From NCBI GenBank assembly GCA_965223345.1, contig CBDCWG010000012.1:3168001-3232000 (forward strand): a DNA stretch of 64,000 nucleotides, given 5' to 3'. Below, one piece after another: positions 30,895 through 39,626 of this stretch. Numbering within the stretch: the stretch's first letter is position 1; each line of letters starts with the position of its first letter. Origin of the DNA: Nitrospinales bacterium (GTDB taxonomy: Bacteria > Nitrospinota > Nitrospinia > Nitrospinales > VA-1). The translations under genes and the position numbers were made by a program. The notes below the pieces were generated by a model. It saw nothing but the letters and a program-made list of their open reading frames with translations. It made no database searches and was not told the origin of the DNA.

Positions 30895-31689
30895 CTACTT
30901 CCTGTGCTGGACGATGAGGGTGCCGAGTTTTTCCGCCTGGCGGATCTTGGAGGCGGCGCGGGCGGCGCTGGTGTGGCTCTGGTAGCGGCCGATGTAGACG
31001 CGGTGGCGGAATTCGTTCTTGCCCGCCAGTTCGGATTTCAGGGTGAAGGCGGGATAGCCTTTTTTCATCAGCTTGTCTTTGAGGGCCTGGGCGTAGCGCG
31101 ACTCTTTGAAGGAGCTCACCTGCACAGTGAATTTTTCCAGGCTCGTGGGGATTTTCGCCGCAGGCGGCGCGGGTTTTGCGGGTTCCGCCGGTTTGACCTC
31201 CGCTGCGGGAGCTTTCATCTCGCCGGGCACGGGCATCGGAGCCGCTTTCGCCAGCACCGGGGCGGCGGGAACGGCTTTCGCCAAAACGGGCGCAGGCTGG
31301 GACACGGGCTTGGGCCGGGACTGCTGCCGCCGGGGAGCGGTTCGCACCCGTTGCAGTTTGCGTTTGACGGGGCGCTGCGGCGCGACGGTTTGTCTCGGCC
31401 CCACTTCGCCGTTCAGGCCGACGAGTTGATCCATTTCGGCGTCGTTCAAAACCCGGAAGAAGGTGAACTCGTCTTCGGAAAAGGGGTTGCGCTCGGCCTT
31501 GTGAGCGGTGCGCAGGATCTTGGGCTTCACGGAGATCAGTTTTTTGTGGATCTGCGGGTGGAAGCGCTCGATCAGGCTGCTCGCCCCGCCGCTCGCGACA
31601 AAATAGACGCCGCCCCCGACGAGGATCAGCACCGCCAGGACGGTGGCCTTTTTGCCTTTGCGCTCGTTTTTTTTCTGAAATCGAACCAA
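30895..31689 (-). CDS. SPOR domain protein (FtsN/DedD-like)
   Basis: N-terminal TM, Pro/Ala linker, FTVQVSSFK...HRVYIGRY; follows argS. Confidence 0.85.
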   Translation of the reverse strand: MVRFQKKNERKGKKATVLAVLILVGGGVYFVASGGASSLIERFHPQIHKKLISVKPKILRTAHKAERNPFSEDEFTFFRVLNDAEMDQLVGLNGEVGPRQTVAPQRPVKRKLQRVRTAPRRQQSRPKPVSQPAPVLAKAVPAAPVLAKAAPMPVPGEMKAPAAEVKPAEPAKPAPPAAKIPTSLEKFTVQVSSFKESRYAQALKDKLMKKGYPAFTLKSELAGKNEFRHRVYIGRYQSHTSAARAASKIRQAEKLGTLIVQHRK

Positions 31690-31725
31690 TCTCTCCTCCG
31701 TACGGGAACTGAAACAGCCCCTCTG

Positions 31726-33390
31726 TTACATTTTCTCCGGGGCTTCGATTCCCATGAGGGCCAAGCCATTGCGTATGGTGATGCGCAAACAGTGCAGCAG
31801 AAACAACCGCGCCTGACTTTTCGGAACGTCCTCGGTGACGACGCGGTGCTTGTTGTAGTAGCTGTGAAACACCGCCACCAGATCGTGCAGGTAGTGGGCG
31901 ATGCGGTGGACTTCCAGGCTCTCGGCGCTTTTTTCCACGACTTCGGTGAACGCGAGGATGTTTTTGATCAGCTGCCACTCCTCGTCTTCCACCAAAAGCG
32001 ACAGATCGACCTCGCCGCCCGCCTTGGCCGGTACGCCCTGGTTGCTGGCGGTGACAAAGATATTGCAGATGCGGGCGTGCGCGTACTGGATATAGAACAC
32101 GGGGTTTTCCGGCGTTTCCTTTTTCGCCAGCTCCAGGTCGAAATCCAGGTGCGTGTCGGAGCTGCGCATCAGAAAGATGAAGCGCGCCGCATCGACGCCG
32201 ACTTCGTCCACCACTTCCTTGAGGGTGACGAATTCGCCGGAGCGGGTGGACATGGACACCTTCTCATCGCCGCGCTTGAGGGTCACGAACTGCACCAATA
32301 GCGCCTGGAACACGTTGCGGTCGTAGCCCAGCGCCTGCATCACCGCCTGCATGCGCGGCACGTAGCCGTGGTGGTCGGCGCCGAACAGGTCGATGAGCTG
32401 GCCGAAGCCGCGCTCGATCTTGTTCTGGTGGTAGGCGATGTCGGAGCAGAAATAGGTGCGCTCGCCGTTCTGCTTGACGATGACGCGGTCCTTGTCGTCC
32501 TTGAACGCCGAAGATTTCAGCCACACGGCGCCGTCCTTGTCGTAGACGTAGCCCTTCTCGCGCAGCCAGTCCAGCGCACGGTCCACCGAGTCGTCGTCGT
32601 ACAGGGTCTGCTCGCTGAACCAGCGGTCGAACTCGACGCGGAATTCTTTCAGGTCCTGCTTGATGCCGCGCAATACCCAGTCGGCGGCGTGTTTGCGGAA
32701 AAACGGCAGCACGGCCTCCTCATCCTTGCCGAGGTGCTCTTTGCCCTGCTTATCCACGATCTCCTGCGCGATGTCCCTGATGTAGTCGCCTTTGTAATGA
32801 TCGTCGGGAAACTCGATGGTCTCGCCCAACAGCTCGCGGTAGCGCAGCCAGGTGGAGCGGCCCAGGATGTTCATCTGGTTGCCCACATCGTTGACGTAGT
32901 ATTCGGTCTGGATGTCGTATCCCGCCTTCGCGAGGATCTTGCTCAGCGCGTTGCCGACGGCGGCGCCGCGTCCGTGGCCCACGTGCAGGGGGCCGGTGGG
33001 GTTGGCGCTGACGTATTCGATGAGCACTTTTTTGCCGAGGCCGATCTCGGAGCTGCCGAACGCGTCGCCCATTTCCTCGACCTGAAGCAGCCGCTTGAGG
33101 AAAAACGAGCGCGACATGGTGAGATTGATGAAGCCGGGCCCTGCGGTCTCGACGCTTTCGACCAGGCCGCCGCCGTTTTTCAGGTAGCGGCTCAGCACTT
33201 CGGCGATGGCGCGCGGGTTTTTGCGCTCGGGCTTGGCGAGCACCATGGCGAGGTTGGTGGAAAAATCACCCATTTTCGGGTCTTTGGGTTTTTCGACCAC
33301 GATCTCCGGCTCGTCCGCGCCGGTGAGTTCGCCCACGTCGCGGGCCTTGGCCCACGCGTCACGGACCATCTGTTTGACGGTGTGTTTCAT
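31726..33390 (-). CDS. argS: Arginine--tRNA ligase
   Basis: EYVSANPTGPLHVGHGR, GADHHGY, MSTRSG, YIQYAHARI. Confidence 0.97.
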   Translation of the reverse strand: MKHTVKQMVRDAWAKARDVGELTGADEPEIVVEKPKDPKMGDFSTNLAMVLAKPERKNPRAIAEVLSRYLKNGGGLVESVETAGPGFINLTMSRSFFLKRLLQVEEMGDAFGSSEIGLGKKVLIEYVSANPTGPLHVGHGRGAAVGNALSKILAKAGYDIQTEYYVNDVGNQMNILGRSTWLRYRELLGETIEFPDDHYKGDYIRDIAQEIVDKQGKEHLGKDEEAVLPFFRKHAADWVLRGIKQDLKEFRVEFDRWFSEQTLYDDDSVDRALDWLREKGYVYDKDGAVWLKSSAFKDDKDRVIVKQNGERTYFCSDIAYHQNKIERGFGQLIDLFGADHHGYVPRMQAVMQALGYDRNVFQALLVQFVTLKRGDEKVSMSTRSGEFVTLKEVVDEVGVDAARFIFLMRSSDTHLDFDLELAKKETPENPVFYIQYAHARICNIFVTASNQGVPAKAGGEVDLSLLVEDEEWQLIKNILAFTEVVEKSAESLEVHRIAHYLHDLVAVFHSYYNKHRVVTEDVPKSQARLFLLHCLRITIRNGLALMGIEAPEKM

Positions 33391-33468
33391 GAATGTTGTA
33401 TCAATGCGCTGGAAATGAACGCGAGCCTGCCCGCTATCGCTTTCACGGTTCAGGATCGCGATGGATAT

Positions 33469-33783
33469 CTATTTTGTGCCGCCCCGGACGGCCTCGATCT
33501 TCTGTTCGCGCTCCGCTTCCAGGGCCTGCTTTTCCTCAAAAAATTGCTTTTTGAGTTCTTCTGCCACGACTTGCAATTCTTCAGGCGGGGTGCGGTCCGA
33601 CAATTTGTTCAGCTTGTCCTGCAGAGTGACGTCCCGGTCGGCGATCTTGGCTTTGTACTCGTTGCGGATCTCCTGGATCTCTTTTTTCTGAGCATCCGAA
33701 AGCTTTTTGTTTTTCTTGAGTTCCGGGACCAGCTTTTCGGATTTTTCCATGCTGAGTTCCCAGGCGCTTTTCAGACCGGACAT
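33469..33783 (-). CDS. Hypothetical coiled-coil protein
   Basis: MSGLKSAWELSMEK start, AGGAG RBS, charged helical sequence. Confidence 0.75.
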   Translation of the reverse strand: MSGLKSAWELSMEKSEKLVPELKKNKKLSDAQKKEIQEIRNEYKAKIADRDVTLQDKLNKLSDRTPPEELQVVAEELKKQFFEEKQALEAEREQKIEAVRGGTK

Positions 33784-34028
33784 GCGTGCTCTCCTAAGTT
33801 ACTCAAAGATTGAGTGTTATGATTATAAACCCAAAACGGCCTCAGACTCAATCGGAATTATTGCCCCAAGTGACTGATTTTTTTACCACTATTTGCGTAA
33901 CACGTGCGGGTGCAGGGCTTCGGGCCGTTTGGGGAGTTGGCCCGATTTTAGCACTTTTTTGGGGTTTTGCGCAGGCAAATCACGGCCGGTGCGGGACCGG
34001 GAACGGCGGGATGGTTTGCGTTAACGGG

Positions 34029-34337
34029 CTACTGGGCGTAGGCGGCGCAGTTGCCCCCCTCCCAGCGGGTGTTGACGATGGTCTGGGAGGCGGCATCGAC
34101 TTCCACCCAGGTGGTGCACTTGAGCAGAGCCAGGTCGGGGTTGCGGCGGAAATACACGTAGACGGTGTTGCCGCTGGCCGTGGTGTCTTTTTTGATCGGC
34201 GGCCCGTTTTGCGCGAGAAAATCCTCGATGGATTTGCCGTGCCAGTTTTTCAGCATGGTGTCGTAATGGCCGGACGTGGCGCAGCCGGCCAACAGAATCA
34301 GCACGAGAAAGCTGAAGAGAAACATCGTCGTACGCAT
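34029..34337 (-). CDS. Small lipoprotein
   Basis: GGAGGTGA RBS; lipobox LAGC; W.GKSIED...GPP motif; terminal Cys pair. Confidence 0.8.
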   Translation of the reverse strand: MRTTMFLFSFLVLILLAGCATSGHYDTMLKNWHGKSIEDFLAQNGPPIKKDTTASGNTVYVYFRRNPDLALLKCTTWVEVDAASQTIVNTRWEGGNCAAYAQ

Positions 34338-34360
34338 CGCTCACCTCCATAAAAGAAGGA

Positions 34361-35137
34361 TCAGTTGATCTGATAATCGACGAACCGGAACACGAGGGAT
34401 TGCAGCGTGCGTTCCTCCTGTTTGACGGTCTGCACGAGCTTTTTCACCAGCCAGAAGTTGTCCACCCGGCGGTAGGTGAATTCGCTGATTTCGGTGTATT
34501 CCAGTTCTCCCATCGTGAACTGCGCGCGGCTTTCGGCGATCAGCCATTTGCCGTCCTTGTCGGTGTAGCTCAGGCGGCTTTTGACTTGCGCAGGGGCGTT
34601 CCTCTGGGTGATGCGCAGCCGGGGGATGGAAAGCCGGTCGAGATCGACCAGCATCTCGTATTTCTGCACGGCGTCGCCGGGTGAGGGAGAGCGGAACTCC
34701 ATGACGACGTTTTTCCTGCGCGTCTGCTTCAAACTGCCCTGGTAGGCGGCGACTTTTTCGCCCAGGGTTTTGGGGACGATCAGTTCCTTGTAGTGCTCCA
34801 GCATGTTCAGCACTTCCCGCTTGCGTTGGCTGGAAATCTCGAACGCCGACTCTTCCAGCTCGATCACACGCCGCACGCCGCCGTCGAAGCGCTCCCAGGT
34901 GAAGCGGGCCGGTGGATTTTTCAGATAGCGGCCGTTTCCGGTCACGGTGTCGAGCTGTTCCCAGTCCACCCGCACGCTGAGCTTTTTCAGCCCCTGCCGC
35001 TGGGGGTAATAATAACGCTCATCGAGGGTTTCAATCAGCGCATCCGGGGTTTTGAAGTCGAGCGCCGCGTGACCGGTGGCGTGCAGCAGCATCCCGGCGA
35101 GGGTCAACAACAGTATCCGTCTGTTTCGAAGCGCCAA
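34361..35137 (-). CDS. Secreted hypothetical protein (beta-rich)
   Basis: Signal peptide; co-oriented in the operon; TTG start. Confidence 0.7.
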   Translation of the reverse strand: MALRNRRILLLTLAGMLLHATGHAALDFKTPDALIETLDERYYYPQRQGLKKLSVRVDWEQLDTVTGNGRYLKNPPARFTWERFDGGVRRVIELEESAFEISSQRKREVLNMLEHYKELIVPKTLGEKVAAYQGSLKQTRRKNVVMEFRSPSPGDAVQKYEMLVDLDRLSIPRLRITQRNAPAQVKSRLSYTDKDGKWLIAESRAQFTMGELEYTEISEFTYRRVDNFWLVKKLVQTVKQEERTLQSLVFRFVDYQIN

Positions 35138-35160
35138 AATGGAGGTTTCCTTCTATCCGT

Positions 35161-35706
35161 TCACTGCTTCAGGGACTGCATGACCTGAATGGAGTCGGGG
35201 CTGTCCCACACCCGGGCTCCGGAGGCAAAGCCTTTCAGCTTGCCGTCGCCGTCGATCAGGTAGGTGGTCGGCAGTCCCATGATGAAATAGCTGCGGCGCA
35301 CCTTCTGATCCGGATCCAGCAGAATGGGAAAGGTGAGCTTGTACTGCTCCACGTATTTGCGGATGCGGTCGAAGTTGCTGCGGTCGATCGAGATGGCCAC
35401 CACTTCGACCCCCTGGTCCTTCAGCGTCTCATACAGCCGCTGCATGGAGGGCAATTCCTCCTTGCAGGCCTCGCACCAGGTGGCCCAGAAGTTCAGCAGG
35501 ATGGGCTTGCCGCGAAAATCCCTGAGATCCACGGTCTCGCCGTGGATGTTCTGCAGGGAGAAACCGGGGGCGTTTTTCTCGATCCGCGGTTTCACGATGC
35601 CCATGTTCTCGAAGGTGCTCTGGGAAGCCAGAACCGTCGTCGCCACGGCGCCGACCAGCACAAGCGCCGCAATCCAGAAACCTGCCAGCCGCAATTTGGA
35701 TTTCAT
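35161..35706 (-). CDS. TlpA/ResA-like thiol-disulfide oxidoreductase
   Basis: LNFWATWCEACKEELP, GLPTTYLID. Confidence 0.93.
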   Translation of the reverse strand: MKSKLRLAGFWIAALVLVGAVATTVLASQSTFENMGIVKPRIEKNAPGFSLQNIHGETVDLRDFRGKPILLNFWATWCEACKEELPSMQRLYETLKDQGVEVVAISIDRSNFDRIRKYVEQYKLTFPILLDPDQKVRRSYFIMGLPTTYLIDGDGKLKGFASGARVWDSPDSIQVMQSLKQ

Positions 35707-35718
35707 ATGTTCGATCTC

Positions 35719-35991
35719 CTAGCGGGCGTTGCGGTGCAGATACGCCCGGATGGTGGATTTGTCTTCGGAAGAAAACGCGACATTGCGCTCCTGCATGATG
35801 TTTTCCATCCAGGCCAGAATGCCGTCCCATTCTTCCTTGCTGTGCCGTCCCGGATGCGGCCAGGAATGGCATTTGGTGCACTGCTTCATGAAGACCGCCT
35901 GGTCGGCGGAGCCTTCCTCGGGAAGGCCCGCGCAACCAGACAGAACACTCACAATCAGCATACTGCAAAAAATCGAGCCGAGTTTTCGCAT
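35719..35991 (-). CDS. Small monoheme cytochrome c lipoprotein
   Basis: Lipobox LSGC; CTKCH; W...M distal motif. Confidence 0.8.
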   Translation of the reverse strand: MRKLGSIFCSMLIVSVLSGCAGLPEEGSADQAVFMKQCTKCHSWPHPGRHSKEEWDGILAWMENIMQERNVAFSSEDKSTIRAYLHRNAR

Positions 35992-36005
35992 TTTTATCAC
36001 CCCGT

Positions 36006-37163
36006 TCAAAAGCCCAGTTGTTCAGGCGGTTTGAACCCGGTGTAGCGGCGGCTCTTCTTGGTCGGCACCTCGATGTAGTAGGTGAACTGGATCATCCAGT
36101 CGTCCCTGAGCTGAGGTCCCGCCAGGTCGTTGTGAATCGGCAGCGTGGCCACCAGTTCCATGATGTGCAGCGGAATCGGCTGGAACTGGAAACCGAAGGT
36201 CACGCCGATGCGGTGCCCGCCGTAATTCTGCGGGTCGAACAGCGGGCTCAGGAACCCGTTGTTCGGGTTGAATCCCGCGTGGCCCTCGCCGTTCACGCGC
36301 TGGTTGAAGGGCTCGTCGCTGTACTGGCCCTCGGCCCAGCCCTGCAGCTCCGCGAGCAGCACCACTTTAGGATGGATCTGGCGCATGACGTAAAAGTCGT
36401 ACTGAAATTCCTGGCCGCGGTGGTAGCCCTGGCTGTTGTCGTACAGATGCGCTTCCAGCTTGAGGTTCATGCCGTACCACCAGGGGTCCTTCGAGCCCTG
36501 ATAGGTCAGGCCGATGATGGGGTCCACGGTGCCGCTGCCGGTCTGCATGCGAAACGGCAGGATCGTGCCGTTCTGGCCGGGCACCGGGTTGCGGCTGAAC
36601 TTCTTGTTGATGGAGCCCGTGGGCAGAGACAGCCCGAACAGCATGGACACCTGGTTGGTGGGCGCCAGGTCGTCGTTCGCGTACAGCCGGTATTTGCCCA
36701 GCAGGGTGAGGTCGCTGATGCCGTCTGAGAACATGGTGAAGCCTTTTTGCCCGGTGGACGCCTGCAGCGGCTGGTTGAACTCCATGTCCATCTCGTTGCG
36801 GATGTAGCTCAGCATCATCATGCCGGCGAAATTGTCCGTGAACGAATAGGCGACCGAGCCCATGGTCATGTAGGTACGCATCCGTTCGGGAGCGACCGCG
36901 AAGGTGGTGCCGTTCGGCGGGCCCAAAAGATCCGCGTTGAGCAGATCGTCGGTGCCGTCGCGCAGCGGTCCCATCTGCATGAACATCTGGCTGAGCTTGA
37001 AACGGAATTCGTGCGTTTCCGGGATGCCGCCGCCGGGAATGTTCATGGGCATGTTGCCGCCGCAATGGGCGCAACACAGTCCCACATAGGCCTGGGCCAG
37101 CGGAGCGAACAGCAAAACGAACAATCCGCTCAACAGGGTTGAGAATGCTTTCTTGTGTGCCAT
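36006..37163 (-). CDS. Outer-membrane beta-barrel 'transporter' family protein with N-terminal Cys/His/Met motif
   Basis: Signal peptide; CCAHCGGNMPMN; GISDLTLLGKYRL, GLSLPTGS, MQTGSGTVD, DLAGPQL barrel motifs. Confidence 0.7.
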   Translation of the reverse strand: MAHKKAFSTLLSGLFVLLFAPLAQAYVGLCCAHCGGNMPMNIPGGGIPETHEFRFKLSQMFMQMGPLRDGTDDLLNADLLGPPNGTTFAVAPERMRTYMTMGSVAYSFTDNFAGMMMLSYIRNEMDMEFNQPLQASTGQKGFTMFSDGISDLTLLGKYRLYANDDLAPTNQVSMLFGLSLPTGSINKKFSRNPVPGQNGTILPFRMQTGSGTVDPIIGLTYQGSKDPWWYGMNLKLEAHLYDNSQGYHRGQEFQYDFYVMRQIHPKVVLLAELQGWAEGQYSDEPFNQRVNGEGHAGFNPNNGFLSPLFDPQNYGGHRIGVTFGFQFQPIPLHIMELVATLPIHNDLAGPQLRDDWMIQFTYYIEVPTKKSRRYTGFKPPEQLGF

Positions 37164-37334
37164 GATGACTTCCTCGAAAAAAGAAATAGAACGATCCCCT
37201 CTCAAAGAGAGGTGAAGTGCATTGGGAGCGATTCAATCCTCACACGCCGGCTGACGATTGGTTTTCGTTCAAAGACGAAAGCGCTCACGCCCGCACGGGC
37301 CAGCACGAGGGAATGAAAAAAGAGTGGGTTTGGA

Positions 37335-37766
37335 TTACAGCGATCGTGGAGGGGGATCGTTCAGGTCGAGGTAAAGCGTGGGCAGCATCGAGGCGGCGAT
37401 ACCTATGCGGCCGGATTCCGGCAATCCCGGGGATGCCGGGGCGTTGTGGGAGGAGGTCATCTCCTTGACCACGGGGGATCCGGACGCAACCGGAGACAAT
37501 GGATCCGATGCACAGGGTTTGCCGATCCGGGGAACTTGCTTTCCGGATAACTCATGCGGACAGATGTGGTTGAAATGGCCCTTCAAAACGCAATGGACGG
37601 GGCGGGTGTCCGTTCGGGCCTTTTGCGGGGAATCGAAGGGCGACGCCGGTGCGGTCATTGCCCTGTGATCGTTCCCGTGATCGTGGTGCACCGATCCCAC
37701 GGCGTCCGGCGCCTGGATCAGCAGGCCGGCCAGAAAAAACAATGTGAGGATCAGCAAGTTGCGCAT
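37335..37766 (-). CDS. His/Cys-rich secreted protein ending in DPPPRSL (DUF2946/CruR/CutF-like leader)
   Basis: Signal peptide, HHDHGNDH, HCVLKGHFNHICPH, C-terminal proline-rich motif; first gene after a consensus promoter. Confidence 0.65.
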   Translation of the reverse strand: MRNLLILTLFFLAGLLIQAPDAVGSVHHDHGNDHRAMTAPASPFDSPQKARTDTRPVHCVLKGHFNHICPHELSGKQVPRIGKPCASDPLSPVASGSPVVKEMTSSHNAPASPGLPESGRIGIAASMLPTLYLDLNDPPPRSL

Positions 37767-37876
37767 GACAAAAGTGTATGCGGCGAAAACCATTGGCGGT
37801 TTTTGCCGCGTTTTCCCCGCGGTCCGGCTCCACAGGGAGATAAAGTCTGTCAATCCAATCGGATGGATTAATCCGG

Positions 37877-37906
37877 ATTATAGATCCGCTCGCCGTAAGG
37901 TGTCAA
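37877..37906 (-). promoter_or_regulatory. Consensus sigma70 promoter TTGACA-18-TATAAT
   Basis: Exact hexamers; overlapping palindromes GGATTAATCC and TAATCCGGATTA at 37865-37880. Confidence 0.75.
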
Positions 37907-38062
37907 GCCTTTCCGATTCAATTCGATGCCGCTATTTTCGCCGCTTCCGGCGTGTTTTATCTTTCACCGGAACACTTTGAAAATTAATATCTGCGGCGGG
38001 GAACCGGGCCGCGTTGCGCAAACCATTTGTTCTGAATCCAGCCATTTGTTATTCTTTCCATT

Positions 38063-38821
38063 ATGACGGAACCGCCGAGCCGATCCGAACTGCTGCGGGA
38101 GCTGAAAAACTATCTGCTTTTTCTGAAAGAATGCGGGTACACCGAAGTCCCGTACGAAAAGGACCTCTCTCTGACGCCCCCGGTCCCCACCGCGCCGCAG
38201 CCGATATCCACCCCCAGCCAGCCTGAATCCATGACGCCACCGCAGACCGCCAAGTCCAAATCCGACCTTTTGTCCGACATCCGCGCCGAGCTGGGCGACT
38301 GCCAGCGCTGCAAGCTGTGTGAAGGGCGCAACAAAATCGTGTTCGGCTCCGGAAACCCCGAAGCGGACCTGGTGTTCGTGGGCGAGGGCCCGGGAGCGGA
38401 CGAGGACGCCCAGGGACTGCCGTTCGTGGGCCGGGCCGGGAAGAAGCTCACGGAGATCATCGAAAAAGGCATGCAGCTCGACCGGCAGCAGGACACCTAC
38501 ATCTGCAACATCGTCAAATGCCGCCCTCCGGGCAACCGCGACCCGGAACGCGACGAGGTGGATGCCTGTAAGCCTTTTTTAGTCAAACAGCTCAAGGCGA
38601 TCCAGCCGAAAGCCATCGTGGCGCTGGGCAAACCGGCGGCGACGACGCTGCTCGGCCGGGCTGTGGCTATCACCAAGGAACGCGGCACCTGGCACGAATA
38701 CGAAGGCATCCCGCTCATGCTGACCTTTCACCCCGCCTACCTGCTGCGGTTTTACACGGTGGAAAACCGGCGCGCGGTGATGGACGACATGAACAAGGTT
38801 CTGGAACGCCTGCGGGAGTGA
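38063..38821 (+). CDS. Uracil-DNA glycosylase family 4 (Fe-S)
   Basis: CQRCKL, GEGPG..ED.QG.PFVG.AG, KCRPPGNR, TFHPAYLLR. Confidence 0.95.
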   Translation: MTEPPSRSELLRELKNYLLFLKECGYTEVPYEKDLSLTPPVPTAPQPISTPSQPESMTPPQTAKSKSDLLSDIRAELGDCQRCKLCEGRNKIVFGSGNPEADLVFVGEGPGADEDAQGLPFVGRAGKKLTEIIEKGMQLDRQQDTYICNIVKCRPPGNRDPERDEVDACKPFLVKQLKAIQPKAIVALGKPAATTLLGRAVAITKERGTWHEYEGIPLMLTFHPAYLLRFYTVENRRAVMDDMNKVLERLRE

Positions 38822-38901
38822 ATCGCGAATCTTTGCGTCCTTCAGCACATTTTTGCGGATTGGGGATTCAAATGACAGCGACGCAACGCCTGCGGGAGTG
38901 A
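38805..38901 (+). repeat. 17-bp direct repeat AACGCCTGCGGGAGTGA (38805-38821 and 38885-38901)
   Basis: Exact duplication of the UDG 3' end including its stop codon, with a 63-bp spacer. Confidence 0.85.
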
Positions 38902-38911
38902 GGAGAAACCG

Positions 38912-39463
38912 GTGGCGCAAACGAGAATCCGCATCGGGGTGATCGGATCGGGCAAGGACCCGCTCACGCATCTGAGTCAACCGCTGGGGCAGTGGATCGC
39001 CGAAAGCGGATACGATCTGGTCAACGGCGGCGGTCAGGGCGTGATGGCGGCGACGGCGTACGCGTTCTCGCAGGTACCGGACCGCAAGGGCCTCGCCATC
39101 GGCATCCTGCCAGCGCAGGATTTCTGCGACCACGGCGACGCCCGCGCCGAATACACGCCGCCCCGGGGCTACCCCAACGACCACATCGATCTTCCCATCC
39201 GCACCCACCTGCCGCTTTCGGGCTCGCTCGGCAAAGACACCGCCAGCCGCAACCACATCATCGTGCTGACCGCGGATTGCCTGGTCGCGCTGCCGGGCAC
39301 CGCCGGCACCCAGTCGGAGATCGAGCTGGCGCTGGAATACGAGAAGCCGCTGGTCGCGGTGAGCCCGCAGGGAGAATGGGAGGACTACGCCTCGCGCACG
39401 AAGGTGGTCCCTACCCTGGACGAAGCGGTGCAGTGGCTGGAAGAAAAAGTGGCGGCGCTTTAG
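38912..39463 (+). CDS. SLOG/LOG (TIGR00725-like) nucleotide-binding protein
   Basis: IGVIGSG, NGGGQGVM, RNHII, ALPGTAGTQSEI; AGGAG RBS and GTG start. Confidence 0.85.
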   Translation: MAQTRIRIGVIGSGKDPLTHLSQPLGQWIAESGYDLVNGGGQGVMAATAYAFSQVPDRKGLAIGILPAQDFCDHGDARAEYTPPRGYPNDHIDLPIRTHLPLSGSLGKDTASRNHIIVLTADCLVALPGTAGTQSEIELALEYEKPLVAVSPQGEWEDYASRTKVVPTLDEAVQWLEEKVAAL

Positions 39464-39471
39464 TTTTTCAT

Positions 39472-39498
39472 TTGTCACCCTGAGCTTCTCGAAGGGTG
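39472..39498 (+). repeat. REP-like unit TTGTCACCCTGAGCTTCTCGAAGGGTG
   Basis: 26/27 match to the reverse complement of 4336-4362. Confidence 0.8.
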
Positions 39499-39553
39499 CC
39501 GTTGATCGAGCTGGCGCCCGGATACGAAAACCCGCTGGTCATTGTGAGTTTCG

Positions 39554-39590
39554 AAAGGGAAAAGGGGAAAAGATTTTCCCCTTTCCCTTT
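39554..39590. terminator. Long hairpin between convergent genes
   Basis: AAAGGGAAAAGGGGAAAA-GA-TTTTCCCCTTTCCCTTT. Confidence 0.65.
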
Positions 39591-39626
39591 GCGTGAGCCG
39601 GTCAGACGATGAGGTCCCGGCCACAA

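Noticed and set aside
37064..37081. CCAHC as a heme c attachment site
   Set aside because: The pattern is CxxC with an internal His, not CxxCH
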